Sequence record: OM513680.2
Source: Erwinia phage Loshitsa2
Length of the DNA: 32,000 nt
Reading direction: 5' to 3' (one strand)
The stretch's first letter is position 1, and each line of letters opens with the position of its first letter. A program made the translations under genes and the position numbers. The notes beneath the pieces were generated by a model, which was not told where the DNA came from, searched no databases, and saw nothing but the letters and a program-made list of their open reading frames with translations. Shown piece after piece: positions 7,041 through 14,885 of this stretch.

Positions 7041-9491
7041 ATGCAGACTGCCAAGATTAGCGGGAACATCACTGAAGCACTAGTTCAACGTCAACTCGAC
7101 ATTGAGAACAAAGCACGTACCCGAGCCATTGACCGCAGCCGCAAAGCTGTGAAAGATGCGCTTGACGGCGGTCGTGCATCTGAACTCCTGCCAGTGCAGC
7201 GCCTGATTAGCGCCGCGTTCAGCACCGTATCCGATTCAATCGACGGCATCAAAGCCGACAAGACCCGTGGTGTTGGTGGTAAATACCGCAAGCACCTTCG
7301 CCTCATTAGCACCGACGTACTGGCCACGGCCACAATGGTCTATGTACTGGACAGCATCTGCGCAGAAGCGCTAGCTCGTTCATCTGCACAGGCTCTGATG
7401 GCTGGCTTAGGCCGTATGGTTCAATCCGAAATCCTGAACCGCAATCTGGAAGTAGCGGCCCCGGCCTACATCAACCGTGTACACGAGTACATGAAAGAGA
7501 AGAACACCCGCAGCCAATCCCACATCCTGCGCACCATGCGTGCCTCTGCTGACGCTGTGAAGCTGGCTCACGAACCGTGGAGCAATAGTGAGTGCATTGC
7601 AGTAGGTAAGCTGTTGATGGGCGCTGTGTACGACACAGGGCTGTTCAAGTGGGTATCCTCATCCAACCAGATGAACTACCTGACTCCGAGCGACACGCTG
7701 GAGAAAGTGTTGACCGACGTAATCACACACAGCCACATGCTGATGATTGCGCCGCCTATGATTATCCCGCCGCAGGACCACACCACTATGTTTGATGGTG
7801 GCTACCTGACTGACATCGACCGTCGCGGCACTTACAAGAATCGTCACATCACGAACAAGCAGCGCCGTGAAGTAGCTGAAGACTTTGCCAAGGCTGACAA
7901 GCTGAAGGCCGCACTGAACAAAGCGCAGAACGTAGGCTACATGGTGAACAGTCCGGTACTGGAATTCGTGCAGGCTGCACGAGCACAAGGTATCGGTATC
8001 GGAATGCCAAGCACACGTCAGGCTCCGAAACCTGAATGGCGTCTGGATGGTGTACCGCGTGAGCAGTATGATGCGCGTGAGCTGGACGACTTCAACGAGT
8101 GGAAGATGATGATGCGTGAGTGGTACGGCACCGAGCGTAAGCGTGTCTCCCGTCTCCGTGGAACTGCGACCACACTGGAAATCTGTGAGGAATACAAAGA
8201 TGAACCAGCAATGTACTTCCCGACCTGCGTCGATTGGCGCTACCGTCTCTACTTCAAGTCAGCCCTCAACCCTCAAGGTTCTGACTTGCAGAAGGCACTA
8301 CTCACATTCAGTAAGGGTAAGCCCTTGGGAAATCGGGGATTATTCTGGCTCAAAGTTAACGTCGCCACTACGTTTGGTTATGACAAAGCCCTATTCGAAG
8401 AACGTGCAGCTTGGGTTGATTTGCACTTTGCAGAGATTGAACGGGTCGCAGATACTCCTTTTGATTCGGATTCTTTTGCGAATGCCGACTCTCCGTGGTG
8501 CTTCTTGGCCGCATGTATCGAGCTGGTTAATGCTGTTCGGTCTGGATGCCCGGCAGAGTTTGTATCGCATCTGCCTGTTGCAATGGATGCTACCAACTCA
8601 GGTGGTCAACACTTCTCGGCAATGCTACGGGATGAAGTGGGTGGGCGCTTAACGAACCTGTTCTGGAACGGGAACAACGTCAAAGCTGACCTGTACATGG
8701 ACGTGAAGCAGCGTACCGACAGCAAGGTGATTATCGCACAGCGCGATGAAGATACAGTAGTGCAGGCGACTTATTGGAGAGAGAACGAGATTACCCGTTC
8801 AATGACCAAGCGCCCGAGCATGACCTTCTTCTACTCTGCGACTGTCCGCTCATGCAGCGAGTACATCCTGCTGGGCGCTCGTGACGAAGGGTATGATGGT
8901 CTGGAAGACTTCAGCATGATGAAGCTGTCTGGCTTCCTTGCACCGCTGATGCGTCAGTCTATTGAAGATGCAATGCCAGCGGCGGCGAAAGCCATGAAGT
9001 GTGCGCAGGAAATCTGCCGCACCATCCCGCTGGAGAATCACCTGCAATGGAATACTCCGCTGGGCGGGCTAGTCATCAACCGCTACACCACGACTGAAGA
9101 GACTCGCGTTGCAATCCGCAGCATGGGCCTGAGCTTAGTGGTGGCGTACAACCGCGACTACACCCTGAACAACCGCCGTAAAGCAGCGTCCGGTATTGCA
9201 CCGAACTTTGTTCACTCCCTCGACAGCACGCACCTGATGATGGTCATCCTCGGCTTCTACGGTGACATCGTACCGATTCACGACTCACTGGCTACCCACG
9301 CCGCTGACTGTGATGAGATGCACCGGGTGATTCGTCAGGAGTTCTTCAACCTGTATAATGAGAACGCTCCGCTGGAAGTGTTGCGTGAAGCAGCAGAGAA
9401 AGCAGGTGGCGACACCAGCGAAATCATTATGCCGGAAATGGGTACACTGGATTTAGAACTGGTTAAAGACTCGCCATTCTTCTTCTGCTAA
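7041..9491 (+). CDS. Single-subunit (T7-like) DNA-directed RNA polymerase, 816 aa
   Basis: Palm motifs: VAMDATNSGGQHFSAMLRD, TRSMTKRPSMTFFYSA (equivalent of T7 K631...Y639), and IVPIHDSLATHAADCD. RBS is AAGGAG. Confidence 0.97.
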   Translation: MQTAKISGNITEALVQRQLDIENKARTRAIDRSRKAVKDALDGGRASELLPVQRLISAAFSTVSDSIDGIKADKTRGVGGKYRKHLRLISTDVLATATMVYVLDSICAEALARSSAQALMAGLGRMVQSEILNRNLEVAAPAYINRVHEYMKEKNTRSQSHILRTMRASADAVKLAHEPWSNSECIAVGKLLMGAVYDTGLFKWVSSSNQMNYLTPSDTLEKVLTDVITHSHMLMIAPPMIIPPQDHTTMFDGGYLTDIDRRGTYKNRHITNKQRREVAEDFAKADKLKAALNKAQNVGYMVNSPVLEFVQAARAQGIGIGMPSTRQAPKPEWRLDGVPREQYDARELDDFNEWKMMMREWYGTERKRVSRLRGTATTLEICEEYKDEPAMYFPTCVDWRYRLYFKSALNPQGSDLQKALLTFSKGKPLGNRGLFWLKVNVATTFGYDKALFEERAAWVDLHFAEIERVADTPFDSDSFANADSPWCFLAACIELVNAVRSGCPAEFVSHLPVAMDATNSGGQHFSAMLRDEVGGRLTNLFWNGNNVKADLYMDVKQRTDSKVIIAQRDEDTVVQATYWRENEITRSMTKRPSMTFFYSATVRSCSEYILLGARDEGYDGLEDFSMMKLSGFLAPLMRQSIEDAMPAAAKAMKCAQEICRTIPLENHLQWNTPLGGLVINRYTTTEETRVAIRSMGLSLVVAYNRDYTLNNRRKAASGIAPNFVHSLDSTHLMMVILGFYGDIVPIHDSLATHAADCDEMHRVIRQEFFNLYNENAPLEVLREAAEKAGGDTSEIIMPEMGTLDLELVKDSPFFFC

Positions 9492-9494
9492 TCC

Positions 9495-9521
9495 TTTAGA
9501 GTAACAGGCTTAGGGGGTCAG
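9495..9521 (+). promoter_or_regulatory. Putative phage promoter, copy 3 (TTTAGAGTAACAGGCTTAGGGGGTCAG)
   Basis: Identical to the copy at 9579 over TTTAGAGTAACA and GCTTAGG. It starts just after the RNA polymerase stop. Confidence 0.55.
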
Positions 9522-9578
9522 GTTTATACCTCTCCCTCTTAGTCCTACTCCCTGAACACATTCTGAACAGTCACATCG

Positions 9579-9605
9579 TTTAGAGTAACACGCTTAGGAG
9601 AACTA
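9579..9605 (+). promoter_or_regulatory. Putative phage promoter, copy 4 (TTTAGAGTAACACGCTTAGGAGAACTA)
   Basis: Best consensus copy, directly upstream of the first gene of the late module. Confidence 0.7.
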
Positions 9606-9609
9606 GATA

Positions 9610-10011
9610 ATGGATTTCCAAACCTTGATGCTTTCTCCCGACGAGACTGCACCATACATCGAACAGTTCCACATCTACGGCCACGGCATAGCCAATGGCG
9701 TAGACGAGGCAACCCATCTCCAACGGCTCCTAACCGAGTCCGATGGATTACTTGGATTGTTGATACTCAAAGAATTCGAACCCGTCGCAATGATTACTCT
9801 CCTGCCTGGCCTCATTGAAGATTCGCACTTCAATGGCGCTGGGCTTGTTTGCGTTCATTTCGCTGGCTCCGGCCTCGGCGTCTCTGGTATGCGCACAGTG
9901 CATCGTGCATTACGAACACTGGCGAAACAGGAGGGCGCGGCTTGGTACTCACTGAGCAGCCGGGTGTCAACTTATGAATATCGCAATCGCTATTACATGA
10001 TAGGAGACTAG
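9610..10011 (+). CDS. Hypothetical protein, possibly GNAT-acetyltransferase-like (133 aa)
   Basis: GLLILKEFEPVAMITLLPG...GMRTVHRALRTLAKQEGAAWYSLSSRVSTYEYRNRYYMIG resembles the strand-helix pattern of phage GNAT-like proteins. The evidence is weak. Confidence 0.4.
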   Translation: MDFQTLMLSPDETAPYIEQFHIYGHGIANGVDEATHLQRLLTESDGLLGLLILKEFEPVAMITLLPGLIEDSHFNGAGLVCVHFAGSGLGVSGMRTVHRALRTLAKQEGAAWYSLSSRVSTYEYRNRYYMIGD

Positions 10012-10013
10012 CC

Positions 10014-10406
10014 ATGAGCGGCGGCATCATGAAACACCTTAACCCCGTCAGCAACATCAAATCTGCGCTGAAGGCCAAGAACCTGAAACAGTTTATGAAG
10101 AGTTCCTTCGTAGACCCGTTGGGTGCTGGCGATAAGCTGAAAAAGATTGGTGGTGACATGATGGGTACACGAGCAGCACGTCAACAGGCTCAGGCCCAAA
10201 TGGACGCTACTGCTGCACAGACTGCCCAATATCAGGAGCAGTTGAAAGCATCCCAAGCACAGAACCAGCTTGACTCTCAAGGCGACCTCGGCAACGTGGC
10301 TACTGTAACCAGTGGCGGTACGGCGCAGGCGTCTGATGATTCCTTGACATCAAGCACCCGTAAGAACCGTAAGCAGCTTATCTCCAACACATTGGGCTTA
10401 GGCTAA
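10014..10406 (+). CDS. Hypothetical protein preceding the portal (130 aa)
   Basis: Ala/Gln-rich central helix, positioned before the portal in the late module. Confidence 0.6.
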   Translation: MSGGIMKHLNPVSNIKSALKAKNLKQFMKSSFVDPLGAGDKLKKIGGDMMGTRAARQQAQAQMDATAAQTAQYQEQLKASQAQNQLDSQGDLGNVATVTSGGTAQASDDSLTSSTRKNRKQLISNTLGLG

Positions 10407-10415
10407 GGAGCGGTT

Positions 10416-11996
10416 ATGAACGGTAAGATTGAAACCTGCGAGGGTCTATTCGAAAAGTTTCAGGACACTGCCGTTTTGAATTCCAGTGAGCAGTTTGCTC
10501 GTTGGACTAATGCCGCAGTATTCCCAAGCTCCAGCACCCAAACCTCTGGCACCCGTTACGCATTAGAGCGTGACTATCAGTCCAAAGGTGCGATGCTGGT
10601 GAATAACCTCGCTTCGAAAGTTACACAGGCTCTGTTCCCTCAGAACTCGGCCTTCTTTGAGATTGGACAGACTGAAGCCATGCTGGAAATGGCGCAGCAG
10701 ATGGGCGCAGATTCGAAAGCTGCATCGTCCCTGTTTGCTGGGTTAGAGTTCCGGGCCTCGGCTCGTGTCTTCCTGAATGCCGGATACTCCGCGCTGTCTC
10801 ACGCTATGAAGCTGTTGATTATCACAGGTAATGCCCTGCTCTATCGTGACCCTATCTCCAAGAAGTTCCACACCTACTCGGTGCGGGATTACGTGGTGAA
10901 GCGCGACGGCTCAAGCAATATCATGGTAGTCATTCTGAAAGAGCGTTTGGCTGTGATGGACGTGCCGGGTGATTTCCGGGTGTCGTATCTGACTGGTCGT
11001 AGTGACCCGTATGAAGATGTGACGCTGTACACGAAGATTCACCGCCGCCTTCAAGGTGGTCGTGTTGTGTATGAAATCACGCAGGAATGTGAAGGCCATC
11101 CAATCGGCTCCAAGTCAACCTATCCAGAAAACCTCTGTCCGTATATCCCACTGACGTGGAACCTGATTACAGGTGAGCATTATGGACGTGGTCACGTAGA
11201 GGACTTCGCACCGGACTTTGCACGACTGTCCGAGCTGTCTGAGTCGTCTCTGCTGTACGAAATTGAAATGATGAAGCTCATCAACATGATTGACCCTGCC
11301 GCTGGTGTAGACGTGGATGACATGGCTAACGCTGAGACGGGTGAATATGTGACGGGCAAGGTCAATGCTCAGGGCAATGGCGTAGTAGCTCATGAAGGCG
11401 GTAATGCTCAGAAGCTGGCTGCGGTCCAATCTGATATGGAGAATCTGGTTCAGCAACTGTCTGTTGCGTTTATGTACACGGGTAACACTCGTGATGCAGA
11501 GCGTGTGACGGCTGAAGAGATTCGTGCCAACATCAGTGAGGCGAACCAGACGCTCGGTGGAGTATACGCCAACATCTCCGAAGTCCTGCACGTGCATCTC
11601 GCACATATCTTGACTATCGAAGAGGAACCAAAACTGTTACCAGTGCTGAACGTGCAGGGAATCTCTCTGGATGTATCAGTCGGCATCGCATCGTTGAACC
11701 GTCAGGCGAACGTTGAGAAGCTGCAATATCTGGCTAACGGCTTGGGCTTGGTGCTCCAGACGTTGACTCAGGCATCACCACGATTTAACCCGGACCTCAT
11801 CATCGACATGATGTGTCAGGGCTACGGCATCGACCGTGAGGCATTATCCTATACCGCCGAACAGTTGCAGGCGTTGCAAGAACAGCAGGACCAATCCGCA
11901 CAGCAGTCTATGACTAATGCTGACCCGTCAGGGCAGATGCAGGTTGACCCGCAGTTGGCGCAGATTAACGCACAGCAGCTTGGCTTAAATCAATAA
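10416..11996 (+). CDS. Portal / head-tail connector protein (526 aa)
   Basis: N-terminus typical of podovirus portals (ALERDYQSKGAMLVNNLASKVTQALFPQNSAFFEI), length, Gln-rich C-terminus, and synteny upstream of scaffold and capsid. Confidence 0.93.
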   Translation: MNGKIETCEGLFEKFQDTAVLNSSEQFARWTNAAVFPSSSTQTSGTRYALERDYQSKGAMLVNNLASKVTQALFPQNSAFFEIGQTEAMLEMAQQMGADSKAASSLFAGLEFRASARVFLNAGYSALSHAMKLLIITGNALLYRDPISKKFHTYSVRDYVVKRDGSSNIMVVILKERLAVMDVPGDFRVSYLTGRSDPYEDVTLYTKIHRRLQGGRVVYEITQECEGHPIGSKSTYPENLCPYIPLTWNLITGEHYGRGHVEDFAPDFARLSELSESSLLYEIEMMKLINMIDPAAGVDVDDMANAETGEYVTGKVNAQGNGVVAHEGGNAQKLAAVQSDMENLVQQLSVAFMYTGNTRDAERVTAEEIRANISEANQTLGGVYANISEVLHVHLAHILTIEEEPKLLPVLNVQGISLDVSVGIASLNRQANVEKLQYLANGLGLVLQTLTQASPRFNPDLIIDMMCQGYGIDREALSYTAEQLQALQEQQDQSAQQSMTNADPSGQMQVDPQLAQINAQQLGLNQ

Positions 11997-12008
11997 GAGG
12001 CAATCAAC

Positions 12009-12851
12009 ATGGCAGAAGATTTACAAGCAGTAGTACCGGGCGCAGAAGGTAATCCGGCAGCAGTGGAGGCGAAAGCGCCAGAAGCGAAGCAGCCTACCAA
12101 CGCCGACCTGTTAGCCGCAAAGGCTGCTTCTAAAGCAGAGCAGGGTCATATCGAACAGGCTGAAGTGCCGGGCAAGAATCCCGCAGACGCTTTGGCTAAA
12201 GCAGGTGCTGAGGCTACTGAGGCCGACAAACCTGCGTTTGATGCTGATGACTTAGCTCAGACTGGAAACGCCGTGTTGGATGCTGGTATCAAGATGATGC
12301 AGCAGACGGCTGGGCTGAACTCGGAGGACGTGAATCGCATTCTGTCCAGCGCGTTCGAACGTGGTGACTCAAGTCTCATTGACTCCGCGTATATCAAAGA
12401 GCGCTTCGGTGAACATGCCGGGTATGTTGAGCAATTGGCAAAAGCATACATCGACCATACCACGGAGCAAACGCAATCGACAGTCAACGCAGTTTATGAG
12501 TTGGCTGGTGGTGAAGAAGGCTGGGGTCTGCACAATCAGACATTCCAGCAGCACGCACCCAAACATCTGCAAGCCGCAGCTTCGGCATTAGCTGACGCTG
12601 GTGAGTTTACTCAGGCCGCAGAGCTGATTGTGGAATTCAGTAAAAGCACTGGCCTCGTGCCAATTGCTGGTCAACACATCCAAGGTGGTGGCGCAGTCGC
12701 TAATGGCGCACTGACTGCCGCAGGCTTCAAGGATGAACTGACCAAACTCCGTGCTACCGTAGGCAACCGCTCTCTGGAATCCGGTCCTGCTAAAGCTCAA
12801 TACGATGCTCTCGTGCGCCGCCGTCAGGCTGGCCGTATGCAGAACATGTAA
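12009..12851 (+). CDS. Capsid assembly / scaffolding protein (280 aa)
   Basis: Acidic, Ala/Glu-rich protein between portal and capsid. Confidence 0.85.
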   Translation: MAEDLQAVVPGAEGNPAAVEAKAPEAKQPTNADLLAAKAASKAEQGHIEQAEVPGKNPADALAKAGAEATEADKPAFDADDLAQTGNAVLDAGIKMMQQTAGLNSEDVNRILSSAFERGDSSLIDSAYIKERFGEHAGYVEQLAKAYIDHTTEQTQSTVNAVYELAGGEEGWGLHNQTFQQHAPKHLQAAASALADAGEFTQAAELIVEFSKSTGLVPIAGQHIQGGGAVANGALTAAGFKDELTKLRATVGNRSLESGPAKAQYDALVRRRQAGRMQNM

Positions 12852-12895
12852 TCAAACTCTCTCAATCTCAATTCAAATATTAAGGAAAACATCAC

Positions 12896-13894
12896 ATGGC
12901 TGATACTCCATACGCTGCTGCTCTTACCCGTCCACATTGGGGCGGTGCTGGTTCCGACGTTGATATCCATCTGGAAGTGTACCAGAATGAAGTGGATACC
13001 GCGTTCCAATACAGCGCAATCTTTACTGGTCTGTCTGCACAGCGCTCTACCGCTGAACGCTCCAACACCTACCGCATCGACCGTCTGGGCAACTCTCAGG
13101 TCAAGGGTCGTAAGTCTGGTCAGGCTCTGGAAGCAACCAGCGTTAAGAACGACAAAATGCTGATTGTGGTTGACACCACTCTGTACATCCGAAATCCGAT
13201 TGACTATCAGGATGACTGGACTGCACCTGACTTCCTGTCCGAAATGGGCATGAACAACGGCACCAGCTTCGCGGAAACCTTTGATGAAGCCCACGCCATT
13301 CAGTTGGTGAAAGCTCGTTCATGGGAAGCCCCGGAACACCTGAAGCCATCCTTCAAAGACGGCGTTGAAATTGACGTGTCTCTGAAAGCGGACGCAGTGA
13401 CTCAGGCTGATTTGGAAGCTAACGCTATCCTCATCAACAAGGCTCACCGTGACGGTATCGACGAGCTGGTCAAGCGTAAGGTTCCACTGAACGACATGGT
13501 GACCCTGCTGAACACTGACGAATACTCAGTGCTGCTGGAGCATCCAAAGCTGTTCAACAACCTGTACGGCCAGACCAACGATGACGGTTACAAAGGTCGT
13601 CGTGTCGTGACCATGAACGGTATCCCGGTTGTGGAGTTCCTCGAATTCCCAGGCGAGGTCATCACTGACCACCCGCTGGGCGCTGCGTTCAACGTGACCG
13701 CCGAGGATGCGAAGTGCAAGATGGTTATCTTCAGCAAGTCCCGTACTCTGGTGACTGTTGAGGCGAAATCCTTCACCTCCGACTTCTGGAACGACAAGCA
13801 GAACTTCAGCAACGTGCTGGACTGCTACGCAATGTACACCGTTGGTGTGCGTCGTCCAGACACCGCTGTCGTGGTGAAGTTCACCTACGCATAA
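12896..13894 (+). CDS. Major capsid protein (332 aa)
   Basis: T7-like capsid pattern (NTYRIDRLGNSQVKGRKSGQ...MLIVVDTTLYIRNPIDYQDDW), strong RBS, terminator immediately downstream. Confidence 0.93.
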   Translation: MADTPYAAALTRPHWGGAGSDVDIHLEVYQNEVDTAFQYSAIFTGLSAQRSTAERSNTYRIDRLGNSQVKGRKSGQALEATSVKNDKMLIVVDTTLYIRNPIDYQDDWTAPDFLSEMGMNNGTSFAETFDEAHAIQLVKARSWEAPEHLKPSFKDGVEIDVSLKADAVTQADLEANAILINKAHRDGIDELVKRKVPLNDMVTLLNTDEYSVLLEHPKLFNNLYGQTNDDGYKGRRVVTMNGIPVVEFLEFPGEVITDHPLGAAFNVTAEDAKCKMVIFSKSRTLVTVEAKSFTSDFWNDKQNFSNVLDCYAMYTVGVRRPDTAVVVKFTYA

Positions 13895-13900
13895 TCCAAT

Positions 13901-13927
13901 AAGGCTACCTTCGGGTGGCCTTAGTTT
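13901..13927 (+). terminator. Late terminator after the capsid gene
   Basis: AAGGCTACC-TTCG-GGTGGCCTT 9-bp stem with a stable TTCG tetraloop, followed by AGTTT. Confidence 0.85.
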
Positions 13928-13940
13928 CCAAGGAGGAAGC

Positions 13941-14096
13941 ATGGCTGTACTGAAACGCTACACCGCCGAACATCATTCGGCAATCGCTGCTGCTCGTCAA
14001 GAGCTGTACGATGTGACCACTAACTCTGGTCGAAATGTACCAACTGCCCGCAAGGGTGGTAAACGTCCTGCCAAGAAAGCAGACGAGAAAGAGTAA
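13941..14096 (+). CDS. Small basic protein (51 aa) not in the ORF track
   Basis: AGGAGGAAGC RBS, then MAVLKRYTAEHHSAIAAARQELYDVTTNSGRNVPTARKGGKRPAKKADEKE*. Sits between the capsid terminator and a second hairpin. Confidence 0.75.
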   Translation: MAVLKRYTAEHHSAIAAARQELYDVTTNSGRNVPTARKGGKRPAKKADEKE

Positions 14097-14103
14097 TATT
14101 TTC

Positions 14104-14123
14104 AGTGTTCCTGCGGGAGCACT
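14104..14123 (+). terminator. Terminator-like or processing hairpin AGTGTTCC-TGCG-GGAGCACT
   Basis: 8-bp stem with one T-G pair, followed by an AT-rich stretch, directly upstream of the tRNAs. Confidence 0.5.
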
Positions 14124-14140
14124 TATAAATGTTATTTAAC

Positions 14141-14222
14141 GTGGGATTGTCCGAGTGGTCGAAGGAGGCAGACTGTAAATCTGTTATATCACGCACTGGT
14201 TCGAATCCAGTATCCCACACCA
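14141..14222 (+). tRNA. tRNA-Tyr (GTA anticodon at 14175-14177)
   Basis: Acceptor GTGGGAT/ATCCCAC, D stem TCC/GGA with GG in the loop, anticodon arm GCAGA-CTGTAAA-TCTGT, extended variable region, T arm ACTGG-TTCGAAT-CCAGT, encoded CCA. Confidence 0.93.
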
Positions 14223-14229
14223 ATTTAAT

Positions 14230-14305
14230 GGGGAATGAGCAAGTTGGCACACGCGGTCGGCTGTTAACCGATGAATACCGGGTTCGACTCCCGGATTCCC
14301 CGCCA
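14230..14305 (+). tRNA. tRNA-Asn (GTT anticodon at 14263-14265)
   Basis: Acceptor GGGGAAT/ATTCCCC, anticodon arm GTCGG-CTGTTAA-CCGAT, T arm CCGGG-TTCGACT-CCCGG, encoded CCA. Confidence 0.93.
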
Positions 14306-14321
14306 AACAAAGGAGGCAGCA

Positions 14322-14876
14322 ATGCTACTGCTTGAAGCAATTAACATCTCGCTACGGGCCATTGGTGAATCAGAGGTTGTCTCTGAGAGCACCAGTAACC
14401 CCAGCGCAGGCATTATCAAATCTGCCTTAACCCAACACCGTCGCAGCCTTCTGGCTACTGGCTGGTGGTTCAACACGGTTGAGCAGACCATTACACCGAC
14501 GACTGATTACCGCATCACCCCGCCTGCATCTGCCCTCGCCATCTATGGTGAGTCCGGTCAGAAGTATGCAGAGCGTGACGGCTGGCTCTATAACCTGCTG
14601 ACGCAGAGCAACCGCTTCGAAGAAAAGACGTACCTCAAAGCGTACATCGACTACGACTTCAATGACCTGCCCGAATACGCTGCACAGTACACCGCCCTGC
14701 GCGTGGCTGCGGAGACGTACCGTAACGACATTGGTGTTGACTCAAACTTCCAAGCGCTTATCTCTGATGCAGAGGAAGCCTACTCGCTGCTGTACCGTGA
14801 GCACACTCGCAATCAGGCACGCAGCACTGTTCAATCTCGTCGTTATAAGAAAGTTAACTCAGCACGATTCTGCTAA
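14322..14876 (+). CDS. Tail tubular protein A (T7 gp11-like, 184 aa)
   Basis: AAAGGAGGCAGCA precedes the ATG at 14322 (MLLLEAINISLRAIGESEV...NPSAG). The first 17 residues of the track ORF (from 14271) are translated tRNA-Asn sequence. Synteny. Confidence 0.88.
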   Translation: MLLLEAINISLRAIGESEVVSESTSNPSAGIIKSALTQHRRSLLATGWWFNTVEQTITPTTDYRITPPASALAIYGESGQKYAERDGWLYNLLTQSNRFEEKTYLKAYIDYDFNDLPEYAAQYTALRVAAETYRNDIGVDSNFQALISDAEEAYSLLYREHTRNQARSTVQSRRYKKVNSARFC

Positions 14877-14885
14877 GGAGCACAT

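Noticed and set aside
8116-8652. 178-aa + strand ORF in an alternative frame inside the RNA polymerase gene
   Set aside because: It is out of frame with an intact, motif-bearing RNA polymerase and its translation looks like frame noise. I considered an RNA polymerase frameshift or split gene, but the 816-aa frame is continuous.
14141-14305. tRNA pair as a prophage attachment site or integration scar
   Set aside because: No integrase, repressor or duplicated tRNA 3' fragment was seen. Both tRNAs are complete and embedded in a late lytic operon.
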